From the human T2T-CHM13v2.0 reference genome, Homo sapiens: DNA of 64,000 nt. The notes beneath the pieces are model-generated. The model had not been told where the DNA came from. It made no database searches and saw nothing but the letters and a program-made list of their open reading frames with translations. Positions 46,141 to 61,360 of this stretch are shown in pieces. How positions within the stretch are numbered: position 1 is the stretch's first letter; each line of letters begins with the position of its first letter. The translations under genes were made by a program, and so were the position numbers. The stretch lies in NCBI RefSeq assembly GCF_009914755.1, contig NC_060931.1; one strand, given 5' to 3'.

Positions 46141-49100
46141 GTGCTACCTCCAGCATGAATGAAGGTATCAGATTCTTCCCTCAGGTCATGTTTAACTCAG
46201 AGGAAGATAGATAAAGTTGGAGAGACACAGAGAACATGATGTGGACTAGTGGCTTCTCTGATCAGGGAGAGTGGTTTGGTAGATAAAGGGTGAATGACAG
46301 AGATCAATTCAACTGTTTTACAGTTTTGTTTGGGATAAAACCATTTACTTCTTTTAAAAAAGTGGAAAAAATTCTATTAAAAAAGTAGAAAGCATAAAAG
46401 TAGGCAAATTTAATGAATAAGGTGATTTTCCTTCCCTCTAACAAATCTGTTTCTGTTTTTCATGTGTTAATGTAATCTACCATCCCATCAGTCCGTCAGC
46501 ACATCATGCTTATAGTTTTACAGTATGGCACTTCCCAGATAAGAATCCCATTCTTTCTTTTCCTCTTACATGATTTCAAGAGCTGTCTGGCGGTCAGACT
46601 GTTGAATTGAATTCAAGGATGCTTTCAGATTCGTGCCATGAAACAGGCAATTCACCTTATCTCCATAAGGCACATTACTGTCCCCCAGTGAATGACATCT
46701 GACAGAAACAGTAAAGAGTGACTTATCTAGAATCTAGCAAGCATTTCTTTTCCCAGGATGGGCTGAGAAAGGGATGTTAAAAGGAAGGCATGGCACGTAA
46801 ATCTTGTGTAACCACAATGAGTACATTGTAAGTCAGCCCACATCAACCATTGTGGCTGGAAAACCTATACTATGGCACCTGTCCTTGCAGAACTGAAAAT
46901 AGTGAAATTCCATTTCAACCGAAATCAAATAAAAAGTCCAATCGGCTGGATGTTCCAAAGACAGAGCCCCCTGTAGGTTTATTCATGGGGAAGATGCAGC
47001 CCCTGAAACTATGCATGAGACCAGAGTACATTTCTGTTGGGAGACCTTGTTGCTGAGTCTGGTGGGACCACGGAACCAGAGTTGCTACCAGGCATTCACT
47101 GTGGGGTAAAATAGGGTCCCAAGTTTTCCATTCAGTTATGGATGCAGTCTCTCAGAAATGCCTGTAAAAGTGCTATTGGCTGCTATTTTCTGCTGGAAAC
47201 AGATTGAAACCTCAGTGTAAGTAAATAATCTCATTCTGAGGCAAAGAAAGACTTTCTAGTCCTCAGTGTGGGGCTTGTTTTAGAGTTTCACATGGAGTCA
47301 TAAGGTGGGTATAACTGGGAATCAGTTCCAGATTTCCACTGGATTCTGTATACTGAAAATTGCAACATCAATAGACAATAAATTAGTTCACAGCTACTCT
47401 GGGTTTGATGCGTGGGAAATGTCATCACAATGGTTGTCTCCCAATTTATAAACCAGTAGAAATTTTTTTTTCTTGGAAAACTGGACACATATGTGGCTAT
47501 GATTAGCCTCATGTTTATTTTTCATTTCTAAAAAGTATGAGTAAATGTCTACTACATTCGGTGCCCTGTGTGCCAGCATCAGTGGAGAATGGGTTTGGGC
47601 AGGGTTAATACTGTTTTTAAAAAATGATTATTAAAAATATTTATTGGGTAAAAATTTAAAACTAAAACTTGTCCTGAAGTTGAATATCCAACCTAAAATC
47701 AAATCCACCACGGCTTCATTGTGGTTAGAGGTGCTAATCAAAGATTAAGTGGATTTGCTTTATTGGGGATCCCCAGTTACCACCAAAGCACCTGTAATCT
47801 CTGAATTGTGGCCCTTTCTTGTAAAGCAATTCATTTGGTTCTTTCACATTTTTCCCCTTCAACCTCAACAGATTCCTGTGGCTTTTGTGTTATTTTTTCA
47901 TCGCTCTGATTGAATAATTATTCCCATCCCATCTTGCTCATCTCCTTCTGCATCATATCTTTTGTTGCAGATTTAAACTTGCATGCACTCCCTCTTGTCT
48001 CTTCCCTAGTAAGTCCGCCCAGGAATGATTCTGCATGTGAATAGAAGGTGTTGACTGTTCAATATGTTTTGCATGTACTGTCAGCGGCTTTATTACTGCC
48101 TCTTTCCAGATCTTTGCCACTAAGAAGCATGAAGATGTTCATTTCAATAACTAGGCTCCTGTCATGTCACAATGGAATGGATGCCTGGGATCGTGTGGAT
48201 GCTTTGAGTCATAATGAAGGTCGTGTCTAACTTGTGTCAGCAGCAAAGTGGCAAAGAATACAGAAATACCCTCATCAGAGGATATAGCAAAAGCATCCTC
48301 AGAGTGGAAGGAACCATTTTCCCAGAAACACCAGTCTTACTAATTTCTAGTGCCCAGCGGCTTGTAATCACAGTGAATGAACATGAAGTTTAAGATGGTG
48401 TAGGTGTCATTCAAAGAATGCTGAAGAGTCAAGATACATTCTCAATCAAAATGCAAGCACAAACTGAACTAATCTCTGAAGCCATTGTAGTATCCTCTTC
48501 TCTGCTAGATGTCCATCAATATCATAAATATGGCTGCTCTGGACCTATCTCAGTTTTGGATCCTATGAAAATTATTGAAATATATAACCATTCAAAAGAG
48601 AGAGTTGAACATTATGACAAGAAAGGATGTTTCTGCTATCTTGTTAAAGGTAGATACATTGTGTATTTATCATTTTGTTACACATATGCTAGACACACAC
48701 AAACAGGGAACAAAGAATAAAATTCTATACATCAAAATATTAGCTGGGGATATCTCTGAGTGCTAAGATTACAGAAGAATGATATTTTTCCTTATGGTCA
48801 TCTTTATTTCCACAGTGAATGAAAACAATGAATGTCATAGATTCTAAATTAAACCACAAGCAATTCAACTTCATATATAAAGGGCCCCCAAGGGGATAGG
48901 ATCTAGATTAGAAACAAACACAACAGAAAGTCCATGTTACCATTATACGATTTCAAAAAGAGTAACTTAGGTGTTTTCATAATGATTTAGTGGTTCTAAA
49001 GCTGAAAACAAGTTATGATAGGTTCCAAATTAGTTTAGTTTTCACGGAGACTTTCAGTGTTCCCATTCACTGTTCCAATGTGTGTTTTGCTCATGTCTAA

Positions 49101-49648
49101 TACTATTTTCAGATGGTTTGGGAGGAGAAAACAAAGATTTTGAAAGGCAGTGTCATCACATTTTATAATCATATTTGGAAAATAGCAATATTTTATTGTG
49201 CCCTTCTTTTAATATATATGTAGATGCCTTTCTTTTGGTATATTAAAAGAATATTTTCTGCTTCGTTTATGGCTTTTAGCAAGTTGGATTTTTTTTCCTA
49301 TTTAGTGTTTTTTGATCTCCCTCCAAAAGCCTTATGACAGCTGAGTTTAAGTGGTTGCTTCAGGCTACAGAAGTCAAAGATGAAATTGAATTATGCTTCC
49401 AGGCTTGGCATACAGAATCAAGAAAAATTTCATTCATTATGATTAATTAATCCAGAAACACAGTGGTAGTATTATGATTATATTGTGTCTGGAACTTGGC
49501 ATACTTTCCACTGACATTTACACAGTAAAGAAGAAAAAGGAATGGTGATTCTATGCCTAGTATATCACTCCATAATAGACAGGCTGGGAAAAATGAAAAG
49601 AAAAAGGCAAACAGGAGACTAAGGAAGAAAAGATATTATATATTTTGT

Positions 49649-49679
49649 GGGGGTGGGAGCTGGGGATGGGGAGTGGGGG
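49649..49679 (+). other. G-quadruplex-forming motif
   Basis: GGGGG-T-GGG-AGCT-GGGG-AT-GGGG-AGT-GGGGG: five G-tracts with loops of 1-4 nt. Confidence 0.6.
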
Positions 49680-50119
49680 TGGAGTAGAATTGAGATTCCT
49701 CTCGCTGTTTATTTTCTCCTGAAGAAATCCCATGCTATGGGATGATGAATGGCTTGCGAGATAGAGTTACCCTCAACACCATTTATTTCTGTGCTTCAAT
49801 TCATAATATATGGTGTTACAGTGACAATTACTCAAATTGATAGTGACATACACCAGTGAATATGAACACACTTCCGAAATGCCTCTTAAAGAGGCATTGC
49901 TAACGTCGTCAAAGCATTGTCTGCTTATGTCCTTTTATATGGACTCCTTTCCTTTGTTGTAATAAACTTTGAAAGTGGATTACTTGGGGCTTACTATTTA
50001 GCAGGCAGGTAATTAACCTAAGGGACCAGCACTGGCTGAGGATGGAAGCTTCTCAATGATGAGGATGATGGAGCAAGAGACAAGGGGAGAGAGGAGAAGG
50101 GGAATTAGAAGTGAATTGC

Positions 50120-50500
50120 TTAGCCACTGCTGCAGTAACACCAAACAACAAACAATCACAAGCTCTCAGCAGCATACAAGAAGAAGCAGGCATTTATCAC
50201 GCATCTATGGGTCAGCTCTATGGATCTCTGGGAGGCTCCTCATGCATATGTATGATATGCAGACTAGCTAGAGGTCAGTTACCCTGGACTGACTGGGATC
50301 TACTGGGCTTCTCTGCCTCAAGATGCAGGTCTGCAAGTCAGCCAGGAGGCTCTGTTCCCCATCCTCCTCAGACCAGGCAGCTACCAGGGGAATGTTCTTA
50401 GCGCAAACGCAGAGGTGCAAGAGGGCAAACTCCACCTCACAAGCTCCTCAGGTGCTCATCCCCCACTTTCCTCTCGGAGTTAGTAGGAAAGAGAACTATG
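50120..50500 (-). mobile_element. MLT1-like MaLR LTR fragment
   Basis: Antisense MLT1 end 'tagccactgctgcagtaaca...caagctctcagcagcatacaa'. Confidence 0.55.
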
Positions 50501-51494
50501 ACACCCTAGTGAGAGTGTGCATGATATTACTAGGAGAAAGAACTGAGCAGTCACTCCATCATGATAGGGAGAGAGAAGAAGGGAGAATAGAGTGAGAAAG
50601 ACAGGCAAGAGACTGAGGCACCCAGAGACTAACAATCCCCTTCAGTTATTCCCCAACTCACAGCCAAGTAAATGAGAAACTCATACTGGTAATGGTTTCA
50701 ACCCTTCAAGATGTGGTTGTTTCTGCAGCTGGGGGCTTCATTATAATTTATCTGGGAAGATTCTTGCCGGTAACACGGTAAGTCTACGGTACACATTTCG
50801 TAGTGGGTCACAATCCTATAGTTGGCAGCAACTTTCTTTTCAGTATATTGGCATGAAGTTTCCTTTTTTTTAAATTTCCTGAGCAGTGTGGGAGAAAGTT
50901 TCTTTTCTGGGGGCCTGTGAATTTCCATGTGTCATTAATTTTGAATCATGCTGTCACCGTGACAGCTCAGGGGCCTTACAGATGCGAACATGAGATAAGG
51001 CAGGTAGGTGTAAGTCAGGTTGCTCTCTGAAATGTACTGTGCATAAATGCTATATATGGATGAGAACCCAAAATATACCTCCTATATAACAAAGCCAGTT
51101 AAAGACAAAGAGCACTTTAACCGTTACGGCATGTATAGGAACATTTCCAGAAGAGCGGCCTCTGTATCTGGTTCTATACCAATTTGTGTGACTTTATACA
51201 AAGGAAACCCTTTATGCTCCTTGAAGGATCTCATTTTCTATATCTACAAAATGAAATATTTCAAACATGTAGCAAAACTTACCTATATAACTAAAAGATC
51301 AACACTAAAATATTCAAGTCTATAATTTTGACTTTTACATTTACATTTTCAATGTAAACCCTCAATGTGTTTTACAAAAGCTTTGTGGTATAAGAATCTA
51401 TTTCAACAGGTATATGACTTTGAGGCAATGCCACTTATCAGACTGGCCCACTGGAAGAGACAACTGGTATATTTTTCCTGCCCAGTACTCACTT

Positions 51495-51615
51495 ACTTTC
51501 CTTCTTTCTTTCTTTCTCTCTTTCTTTCTTTCTTTTCTTTCTCTTTCCTTCTTTCTTTCTTCTTTCTTTTCCTTTTTTCTTTCTCTTTCTTTCTTTCCTT
51601 TATTTTCTTTTTTTG
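51495..51615. repeat. CT-rich low-complexity (CTTT)n tract
   Basis: Direct reading. Confidence 0.9.
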
Positions 51616-51938
51616 TAAATGTGCTACTTCTGGACTGTAGGAGATTCTGAGGAAATTGTCAACTGGGAGTCTACCTTCCCACCACTATCACCACCACTGA
51701 AGTGATCATTTGACCCTAACTGAGGCAATGAGATTCTTCCTCCTAGAAATTTATATCTTAAGTGTTAACCACCCAGGTATGGAATCCTGTGAACAGACAT
51801 GAAGCAGTTAGAGCTGAGCCATACAATGGTAGAGAATGGGAGAGAGAGTTAGTTCTTAGGTTCCATTACCTAAGTTCTCAGACCTGCCTTGCTTTCCACC
51901 TTTTCTAAGACTTGAATGCTCTCTCTTTGGTTATGTAA

Positions 51939-52233
<295 letters not shown>

Positions 52234-52876
52234 AATAAATTGCTTTTTTGCTTATGTTGAACATGGTAAACTTCAGTTGCTTGCAAGCAAAAAAAAAAAA
52301 AAAAAAAACCACAAACCAAAACAAAAAAAAAACCACATGCTGGATAATGTGGATGGGCTGTGGGCAACTTGGAAGCCAACACCCTCATTTCTCATATTTC
52401 CTTGCACCTAGGGTTCTAGATGCAAATTAAGTTCCATCAATTCATCACATTAGTATAAGATTTAGAAGCCTGAAGTGAGGCAAGGCCATTTTCCTGTCCC
52501 TTTTTGGCTGTGTCTGCTGATAAACATGGCTGTGAAAACCTGAGATCTCTCTGCAGCAATGTCCCAGTGTCCACACTAAGGCTTCCTTGGTGATGAGTAA
52601 AAGCACTTGTGGCAGGCTTTACTCATTCAGATTACTTGATTTGTTATCCTAATCCCTGCCTTGTACCTCCTTTGGTACCCAGAAGCAGTGGCAGCAGAGA
52701 GGTGGCAGGTTCTTGACTCAGGCACAGCTCTCCTAGTGCCTCAGTGGCAGTAGCTGGTGGATGGGTTCTGTATCATTTTGCAATCGCTTTTAGAGACCCA
52801 GACTACAGCCTGATCCTTTAACACATCTAGTGATTTCATAAGCACTCATTCTCTGTATTAAATTCTTCCTGCTAGT

Positions 52877-53190
<314 letters not shown>

Positions 53191-53429
53191 ATTTTCCTGC
53201 TAATAATACCTAAAGTGGTCTCTTTTTTGAATTGAATCCTAATAGAGAACCATAACTGATACAAATTTATAAATGATCTAGAAAAGGACATATGAGCCAG
53301 TTAGAAATATGCAAATAAAAGCAATATAGTACAAGAGTGCTCAAATAATTTTGTGCTTGAATTTCTTCTATATCATCAACAACAGGTATATTGTTAGGTA
53401 GTCAAGACTACAGGAGCTATAAAATTTGT

Positions 53430-55370
53430 AAGACATAGATAAGTTATGGGTTACAAAACAATTTGAATTTTACAAAGTAGTTGAAATTTTCTTATATTTC
53501 TGTCTGCTATTAATATAGTTACAGCAGACAGTTTTCTTGACATTGAAAAGCTGATTCTAAAATATGTTTGCAAGAAAAATGAATTAGGAATAGCCAAGTA
53601 TGACAGAAGAGATAGTAGAACCAGATGAGGGGACATACTTTACTAGATGTCAGTTTATTCTAAAGTAATGATAAATAAGGTAAAATGATATTAGCACATT
53701 TAGGAAACCAATAGAAAAGAATGGAGTGTCCAGGAAGAGACTCACGCAATATGGAAATTTTGTATATAGCAAGTCTGGCAATAAGGATCAGAGGGGAAAG
53801 ATTGAACAAGTTACTTCAATATGCTGAGAAAACTAGTTATCCTTCTGGGGGAAAAAAAGCCCTACTTTATTCACACACACATATACACACCATTCTAAAC
53901 GGTTTAGTGATTTGGCCATCAATGGCAAAACTTCAAAATTTTAAAACCCTGAGAAGACAAAACAGTAAAATATCTTTAAGCCTTCTGGGCAGGCCTGGGT
54001 AGGAAATTCTTTAAAAAGACACAAAAATAAAAAATAAAAAAGCACCATTGACTTTGACTGTAGTTAGTTCCTGAAATACTCAGAGGTCTAGTCAGATAAA
54101 AAGGTCAGGTGTCTCAGAGATTCGCCCTTCCAGGTACTCCACATGGGGCAGCAGAGTCACATCTGAATGGATGGGATGTAATGGAACGCAGTTAAAGACT
54201 AAGATACAGTGTGTAGACCAGGCCTGTATGCGTGGGTGGCCAGGTAAGTGCCTCAGAAAAAAGACCTGCTACCATTCCTAAAGAAGGCAGAAGGCTGGGA
54301 AGCATGAAACTCAACAGACTCTCATTATTTCAGATCTCACGGTCACTTAGTTCTATGTCCCATCAGGTAACACTCCACAACAGGGCTTTGTTGCTGAGCT
54401 TACTATAAATTCTGTTCGATAAAAACCCTTGCAGAGCACAGGGCAGCTCTAGTTTCCATGCCTGTGGACATTTAAAACACCAAAATAACTATTGATTTTT
54501 TAAATCCCGAGGAATTAATTGTGTTTTAATGTAATATAAGGTGTCTTAAAGTATAATGGATTGGCAAAAGGCTCTATTGATATTTTAAGGGCCTAGGAAA
54601 GAAACTGATGGGAAAAAAAATGTTTCCTTGGAAAAGACTGTTATATATTACAAGGTTTAAGACACAGAGGTGGAGAAGTAAAGATGGGCAAAGTCTCAGC
54701 TAGAATTCACAGACCAGAATAGCAAAAAAACAAGTGTTTGAAATGCAAATTAGTTTCTTACTTTTTACACTGTAGGAAAAGAAACTATCTTAATAAAATA
54801 GAGGTCTATCATAATAACAGTTTGAAAATAGAATGATTGATAAAACAAGCTCATGTTTTAAAAAAAAGTGTTTCTTAAAACTAAAGAAAACCACCCACCC
54901 ATAGGCTAATATTCTTGAAAAGGGGTAGGTATTTTGCTTTTCATTTTAACCTTTTTTAAACGTTGGGGGACAATTTTCTCTCTCAAATATTTCTTGACAT
55001 AGTAGATAAAAATTCAAATAAAGGGGAATAATCTCTCTTTTTGAATACAAATATTTATAGCCGCTTTATTCACAAATTCAAAAAACTGGAAACAATTCAA
55101 ATGTCCATCAATGGTTAAATAAATGGAGGCATATCCACACAGTGGAAGTCTACACATATCAGGGAACTCACATGTGGAACGACATAGATGAGCCTCAAAC
55201 ACACTATCCTGAGTAAAAGAAGTCAGATGGAAAGAGTTGTACACTGTATGATTCCACTTACAGGAATCGTGAAAAAATCTAACCTGGAACCACAAAACGG
55301 ACCAGTCAAATGCAACACTATATCTAGAAAGAATGCATTTTGTTGTATGTAAATTGTTCCTCAATAAACC
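53430..55370 (+). mobile_element. Degenerate L1M fragments (about 53430-54050 and 55030-55370)
   Basis: 'aagctgattctaaaatat', 'aaactggaaacaattcaaatgtccatcaatgg', 'actgtatgattccactta'. Confidence 0.65.
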
Positions 55371-55854
55371 TGATACCTTGAAACTTCTGGCAGATTGGCT
55401 TTTTTATAGAAAGAGAGAACAAAAAAAGAGAGAGAGAGGAGAAACATGCAAGAGAAAAGAAGGAAAAGAAAAGAGACTGATATCATGGAAAAGGGAGAGA
55501 GATTTTTGTTAAGATTCTTTGGTAAAGCAATGTAATTTCTAGTTGATTATAATAGAAGGATGGTGCTTAAGATACATGTCAAGGATATATTAGAGAAACA
55601 AGAGTGTCCATAAACTTGGAGAATTTCCCCCAAATAAGGGTAAATAAAATATATTTAAAATAAAAGTTATGTCACTGGAGAGTAACAAAAAAATGATGCC
55701 TATTGCATTTGTCTATGACACAGCTCTGTTATGAACACCTCCAGGCCAGAAGGCTTGTGTTATCTGCACAGCTAAGAATAAAACAGGTATATTCAGGACA
55801 TTGGTCCCTTCCCCACACCACCCCAGGGAAAAATCTCTTTAAAAGAGGCATCCA

Positions 55855-56148
<294 letters not shown>

Positions 56149-57599
56149 CTAATAACCTTAGCCCAACTATGTAAAAGCATATAGGCTTCAAAGTTAGTAG
56201 ACCTGAGGTCCAGTAATTAGCGCTGAAGCCTTAAGCAAATCTCCCAGCTTTCTTATATTTTTATTTTCTTGCTTGTAAAATGAGGGTATTGTATAAAATG
56301 ATACAAATTGTATAAAGAAGTCTGGCAAAACAAAACTGAAAATCCAGACAGGCAGAAAGGCAGGCATTAAGCACCAGCAAAGTTCCAAACCTTGAATATA
56401 ACAGGAGTCCAGGAAGGACAAATTAAGAAGAGTATGACTGAGCTTCACTCTTAAGAGTGACTACGTATCTATCTAATAACTACAAGCCTACAATGCTCTA
56501 GAAAGCTAAAGTGACAGACGGCATCTAAGACAAAAAATATGTTCATTAAAGTTAAGTTAGTGGAGATTAAGCCTCCTGAGCAAGATAAAATTCCAGTTTG
56601 CAGAAATGGGGCCTAAAAACAAGGCTGTTTCTGCTGAAAGAATGGATGTACTACGTGTGGAGTCAATGCTCCTTAAAGCACAGAGCTCCTTCCAGCACTC
56701 CTGTCTCAAGTCTACATTGTCTACATTGGTGTTTGAGATTAGGAGAGCCTGGTCCAAGTGAGGGGGTCAAGGGACTCTGTAAGAATGTGAGAGGAGCTGG
56801 GGAGCCATCGACCTCAAGAGTGCCGTGGTTTTTAAGACATAACGACTCCCACTGAAAGTAATCAATGGAAGAATGAAGATTTCATTAGCACTTCTGTAGA
56901 ACCAGAAAACATTGTCCTAGACAGGCTTTATGGCAGTCAGCCCTGAAACCTCCCTGCAAATAATTTGGGAATTCGTGTTTGTCAACAGAAAATTAAGGTG
57001 CCTTTAATGGTAGTTGCTTAAATGCCGTTTCTTATTTTCACCACAGCCTCCTTTCTTGGGGAGAAATTTTCAAATTTGTCATTATTATCCTCTCTTAGAA
57101 GTGGCTCAAGGCTGTTGCCATATGAAGCATAAACCAAAACACAACAATCAGCTTCTGAATAGGATGCTAGTATCATATATGGGGAAGCAGCCTGTAAACC
57201 ACAGAGGGAAGAGTATAGTGGCAGATTTGTCAGGTCTCCAATAAAAGACAATGTCTAAATTCCTGCACTAGACCTGCTTTTAGAATATTTTATGTTTTCC
57301 AAATTGGACCTAGGATTTTCTGGAATGATGAACAGTAATATCCTAAGCAATGAAGTCTTAATCGGTACTACTTTGAAATTTGTAACTGGAAATTAATCTG
57401 TTGGTCCTGTTCAGAATAAGAACATAATTATGTAATGATATTGCTCATTTTACACATGGAAAATTCCCAAAACAGCGCTCATATTAGGCCATTTGTGTTT
57501 TTAAATTTTTTATTTAGATTCCACCTCTCTGGACTTGGTTTATATGTTGTTGCTTTCCATGTAAGTTAATCTCTACATCTCTCTTCCTGGTTTTTAATA

Positions 57600-57800
57600 C
57601 AATATAGTGTGTTTAAAAGAACATTGGACTATGTCTCATGTTTGCCACATCCTTGCAGAAAGCCACTGAGTCAGTCATGTAAACTTTCTAAGACTCTCTT
57701 CAATCTGTAAGTAAGGATAATCACACCTACATCACCATGTTGTCATGAGGAGTGACCCCAGGGAACCTCTGTGCAAGTCCTGGCACTCAGCAAATGTTAG
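57600..57800 (+). mobile_element. MIR SINE
   Basis: 'atctgtaagtaaggataatcacacctacatcacc...gtcatgagga...cctggcactcagcaaatgttagc'. Confidence 0.65.
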
Positions 57801-58485
57801 CTTCCTTTCCTGGTCTACAACTGGCCCCACCTGACCTAACCACATTTCCTACCTCTAAACCTACAACTTTCACTCAACAAGGCAAGTCTCCTGAAAGTTC
57901 CTGCCATGCTAATTCTCACTTTCTGCCTTTAGTTATGCTACTGTGGCTCCATCTCTTTGTCTAATTTCTGCTCATCTTTCAGGTATGTAAGGCAAATATA
58001 TCTACAGGTAAGTTTCAACAAAATGGAAGTGAATCATGTTCTTTTATTTTACTCTTACCTTTAACCTTTTCTCTTGGCTACATATTTATGTGGACGGCCA
58101 TTCCTTAACCTTGTGCATATCATGAAGAATATATAAAATAGACTTACTGAAATTTATTTTCAATTTCTACAAATATTTTTTACTTGCCTCCTATGCAGAA
58201 GGTATAAAGTTGAAAAATAATCAATCTCTTTCCCCATGAGCCCTTTATTCTCTTAGAAAAACAATTTATTGATACTGCATGTTTTATTTTTCACTCAAGG
58301 TAGTTTTTATGAAGTACCCTGTGTCTTTATATGTGGTGAAATTCAGGCCACAGTTAGCCTTTTGCTCATATTTTCTGGATAGTGAAATGAGATTATGGAG
58401 TTAATACTTTAAATAATACGTTATATAATGATTTTTAAAGATGATGCTGTAATTTTCCATCTATGCTATTTAAAAGTCATATTGA

Positions 58486-58839
<354 letters not shown>

Positions 58840-61134
58840 AAAAGTCATATTGAGACAAAAATAAACAGCATTTTTAAAAATTTCCAACAGATTGTGACTG
58901 GGTAGTTGATTAATTAGGAGTTAAACAAAGGACTTAGTGGTAACATGATGTAGCCAGAACATTCTTAAGAGGTAAGTTGCATTTATCAATCACATGAAAA
59001 CTGTGTGTTTAAGTACTAGAATACAAGTCAATCCATGTGATTCTTTGCCTTCAGTCAATGGAAGGTAAACCTGGTTTAACTATGTTTGAATACATGATGC
59101 CAGCCTTGTTCACATGGTTTATATTTGAACTCAAAGCTACTACCTTAATTTATTAGTTCTGGGCAGAGGCTTATCCTATACTCTTCTAGAACATTCTCCT
59201 TGTATGACATTAATTTCCCTGTCTCGTAGACTGAAGCTTATTTTTAATACTCACTAAGAAAACCTTATTTCTGAGAAAATACAATGGAAGCTAAGATGTA
59301 CTTTGTGGCAACTTTTAGTATGGCCTATGTGGTAGGGAATTTTTGTTGATTTTTTTAGGTAAAAGAGAGACATACTTTCCTTGTGTGAGAAGGTTACTTG
59401 GAAATGATGATCTTAGGCCCTCCAAGTTGCCCCTGTATCTGAGAACCTGCTGAGCATGATTACAGATCACGAGTTGGGCTTGGGTTTTCCCAAGCTGGCT
59501 GCAGAGACAACTTGTCTAGGCGCCCAGTGAACAGCCACAGCCCACAGAGAATGTGTGTTTACCCAGACCTTTTCCATGGTTTACTTCTGAAAATTGGTTC
59601 AACCACATGGGAATCTAGTTAGACTCTTGGAATTATAATCTTTGACTGGTACATGACCCAAGCATTTTTTATAGAATTTGAAAAATCAGATTGTAGCTTA
59701 GAAAATGAGGAAAGAACAGTAAGAGTCCAAATCTAAACCTCTTTGAGGTCTACCTAAAATCTACCTTTTCAAGCATGGGTTCCCACACCAAACTGTTCAT
59801 CTTTACTAGATGTAACAGCATGAGCAGAATTGTAGTGGGACATGCTGAAGGAAAATTTTCAGTCCTCATGCAGCTCACTGGGGAGGTAAAAGTTTGTGAA
59901 AACTTTCCTCATGTATGACCTCCTATTAAACTGAACATATTCCATCTAGCTGCTTAGGAGGATAGATATTTGTAGCATACAGTTGATTTTCTAGCATACA
60001 CCTGTAGTGTTTCCTCCATGAACCAAGATTAGTGCTATGGTTGATAGATTGAAGTGTAGGCTGATAAATAAATGCTATCTTTAGGAATCTGCTATTATAC
60101 CTAGATTTCTCAGTGTAAGAAGGGAATAATTAAGACTGATACTTTATTTGAAAATGCATTATATTTCTCGTTACGAATAAACCATAGTAACTAATAAAAA
60201 AAAAAAAAGCTTACCCATAGTAGAAAGCTGGGAAAAAAATTGCTAAGCAATGAAGAACTTGCCTTTTCTAGTTCTAGCATTCAGTAGCTGAAAGCAGATC
60301 ATTGCCATAAAGAAGTATTTACCAATTTTAAAAGGTCTTGGCCCATCATAGCTAGTGTTAGATTTGGAATATAGCTTTTGTTGCCAAGGTGACAAACACT
60401 TATAAATATAACACATCTTCTAATGTGCTTTTAACTTGGTATTTTTATGGCTTTTAAATCAGATACCATTAGCAAATATATTAGGTAATTTAGCTGAAAG
60501 ACCATTTTCCTCTAACACTTTTTGTTACATTTCCCCAGGTATTTCAGTAAATGTCTGTTGTGACATTCTACTCCTGCTAGGCTTCCAACGTAAGGGGATA
60601 CATAAAGTACATCTAGTAAAGATTAACATATATTACCTTGCCTTTTTTTGTATTGATCACTGAAAAATGTATAAAAGAAAGTTAAATTTGTAGTCTCCTT
60701 GAAGAGCAATCATTGTTCCTATTGTTATTTTGAGGTCTACACCTCCTCCCTACAAATAATAGTCTGGCTTTAAGATTCAATGCATACAAGAAAGGGTTTT
60801 GGGTACAGCGTAATAACCATATATTAACACTTCCCAGAACCTCCACACCTAAATGCTTTCCCGTATATAAAGAAGGCTATGAGGAAAATAATTACAATAG
60901 ACTACCTGAAGCCCTAGTATTTCCACAAGTTTAAGTTTATTGTTCCAAACAATAGACCCAACATCCCAGGCAGGGAAAGAATTAGCTATAAATGTATTCA
61001 CTGGATTCTTAAAAGATGGTTTGTAAGGTGGACATATTTGTCACAGCAAAGATAAAATGAAATGAGACATATTTAAAGTCCAAATTTGCACTTATTGTTA
61101 CTTCGTCAGAAATTCTTAGAAGACTGTCCGAAAA

Positions 61135-61360
61135 TTCATTCATTCTTTTTTCTTTCATTCATTCATTCAAGCAACAGACATTTAAGAAGCATCAACCATG
61201 TTACAAGCACTGGAGATACAAAGACGAGTAAATCCCAGCCCTCAAGAAGAGTATAATCTCAGGAAAAAGGCAGGCAAATCAATGAAGTATTACAAGACAC
61301 TGATAAGTGCTAAGGTAAAGACTATACACGAGGAAGGTGTCAGGGAAGAGTCCCTAAAGA
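61135..61360 (-). mobile_element. L2 3' end fragment
   Basis: (ATTC)n start then 'caagcactggagatacaaagacgagtaa...cccagccctcaagaag'. Confidence 0.7.

Noticed and set aside
49878-49898. Palindrome aatgcctctt-a-aagaggcatt (10-bp arms)
   Set aside because: A palindrome of this size is not unexpected by chance in 64 kb; no supporting context.
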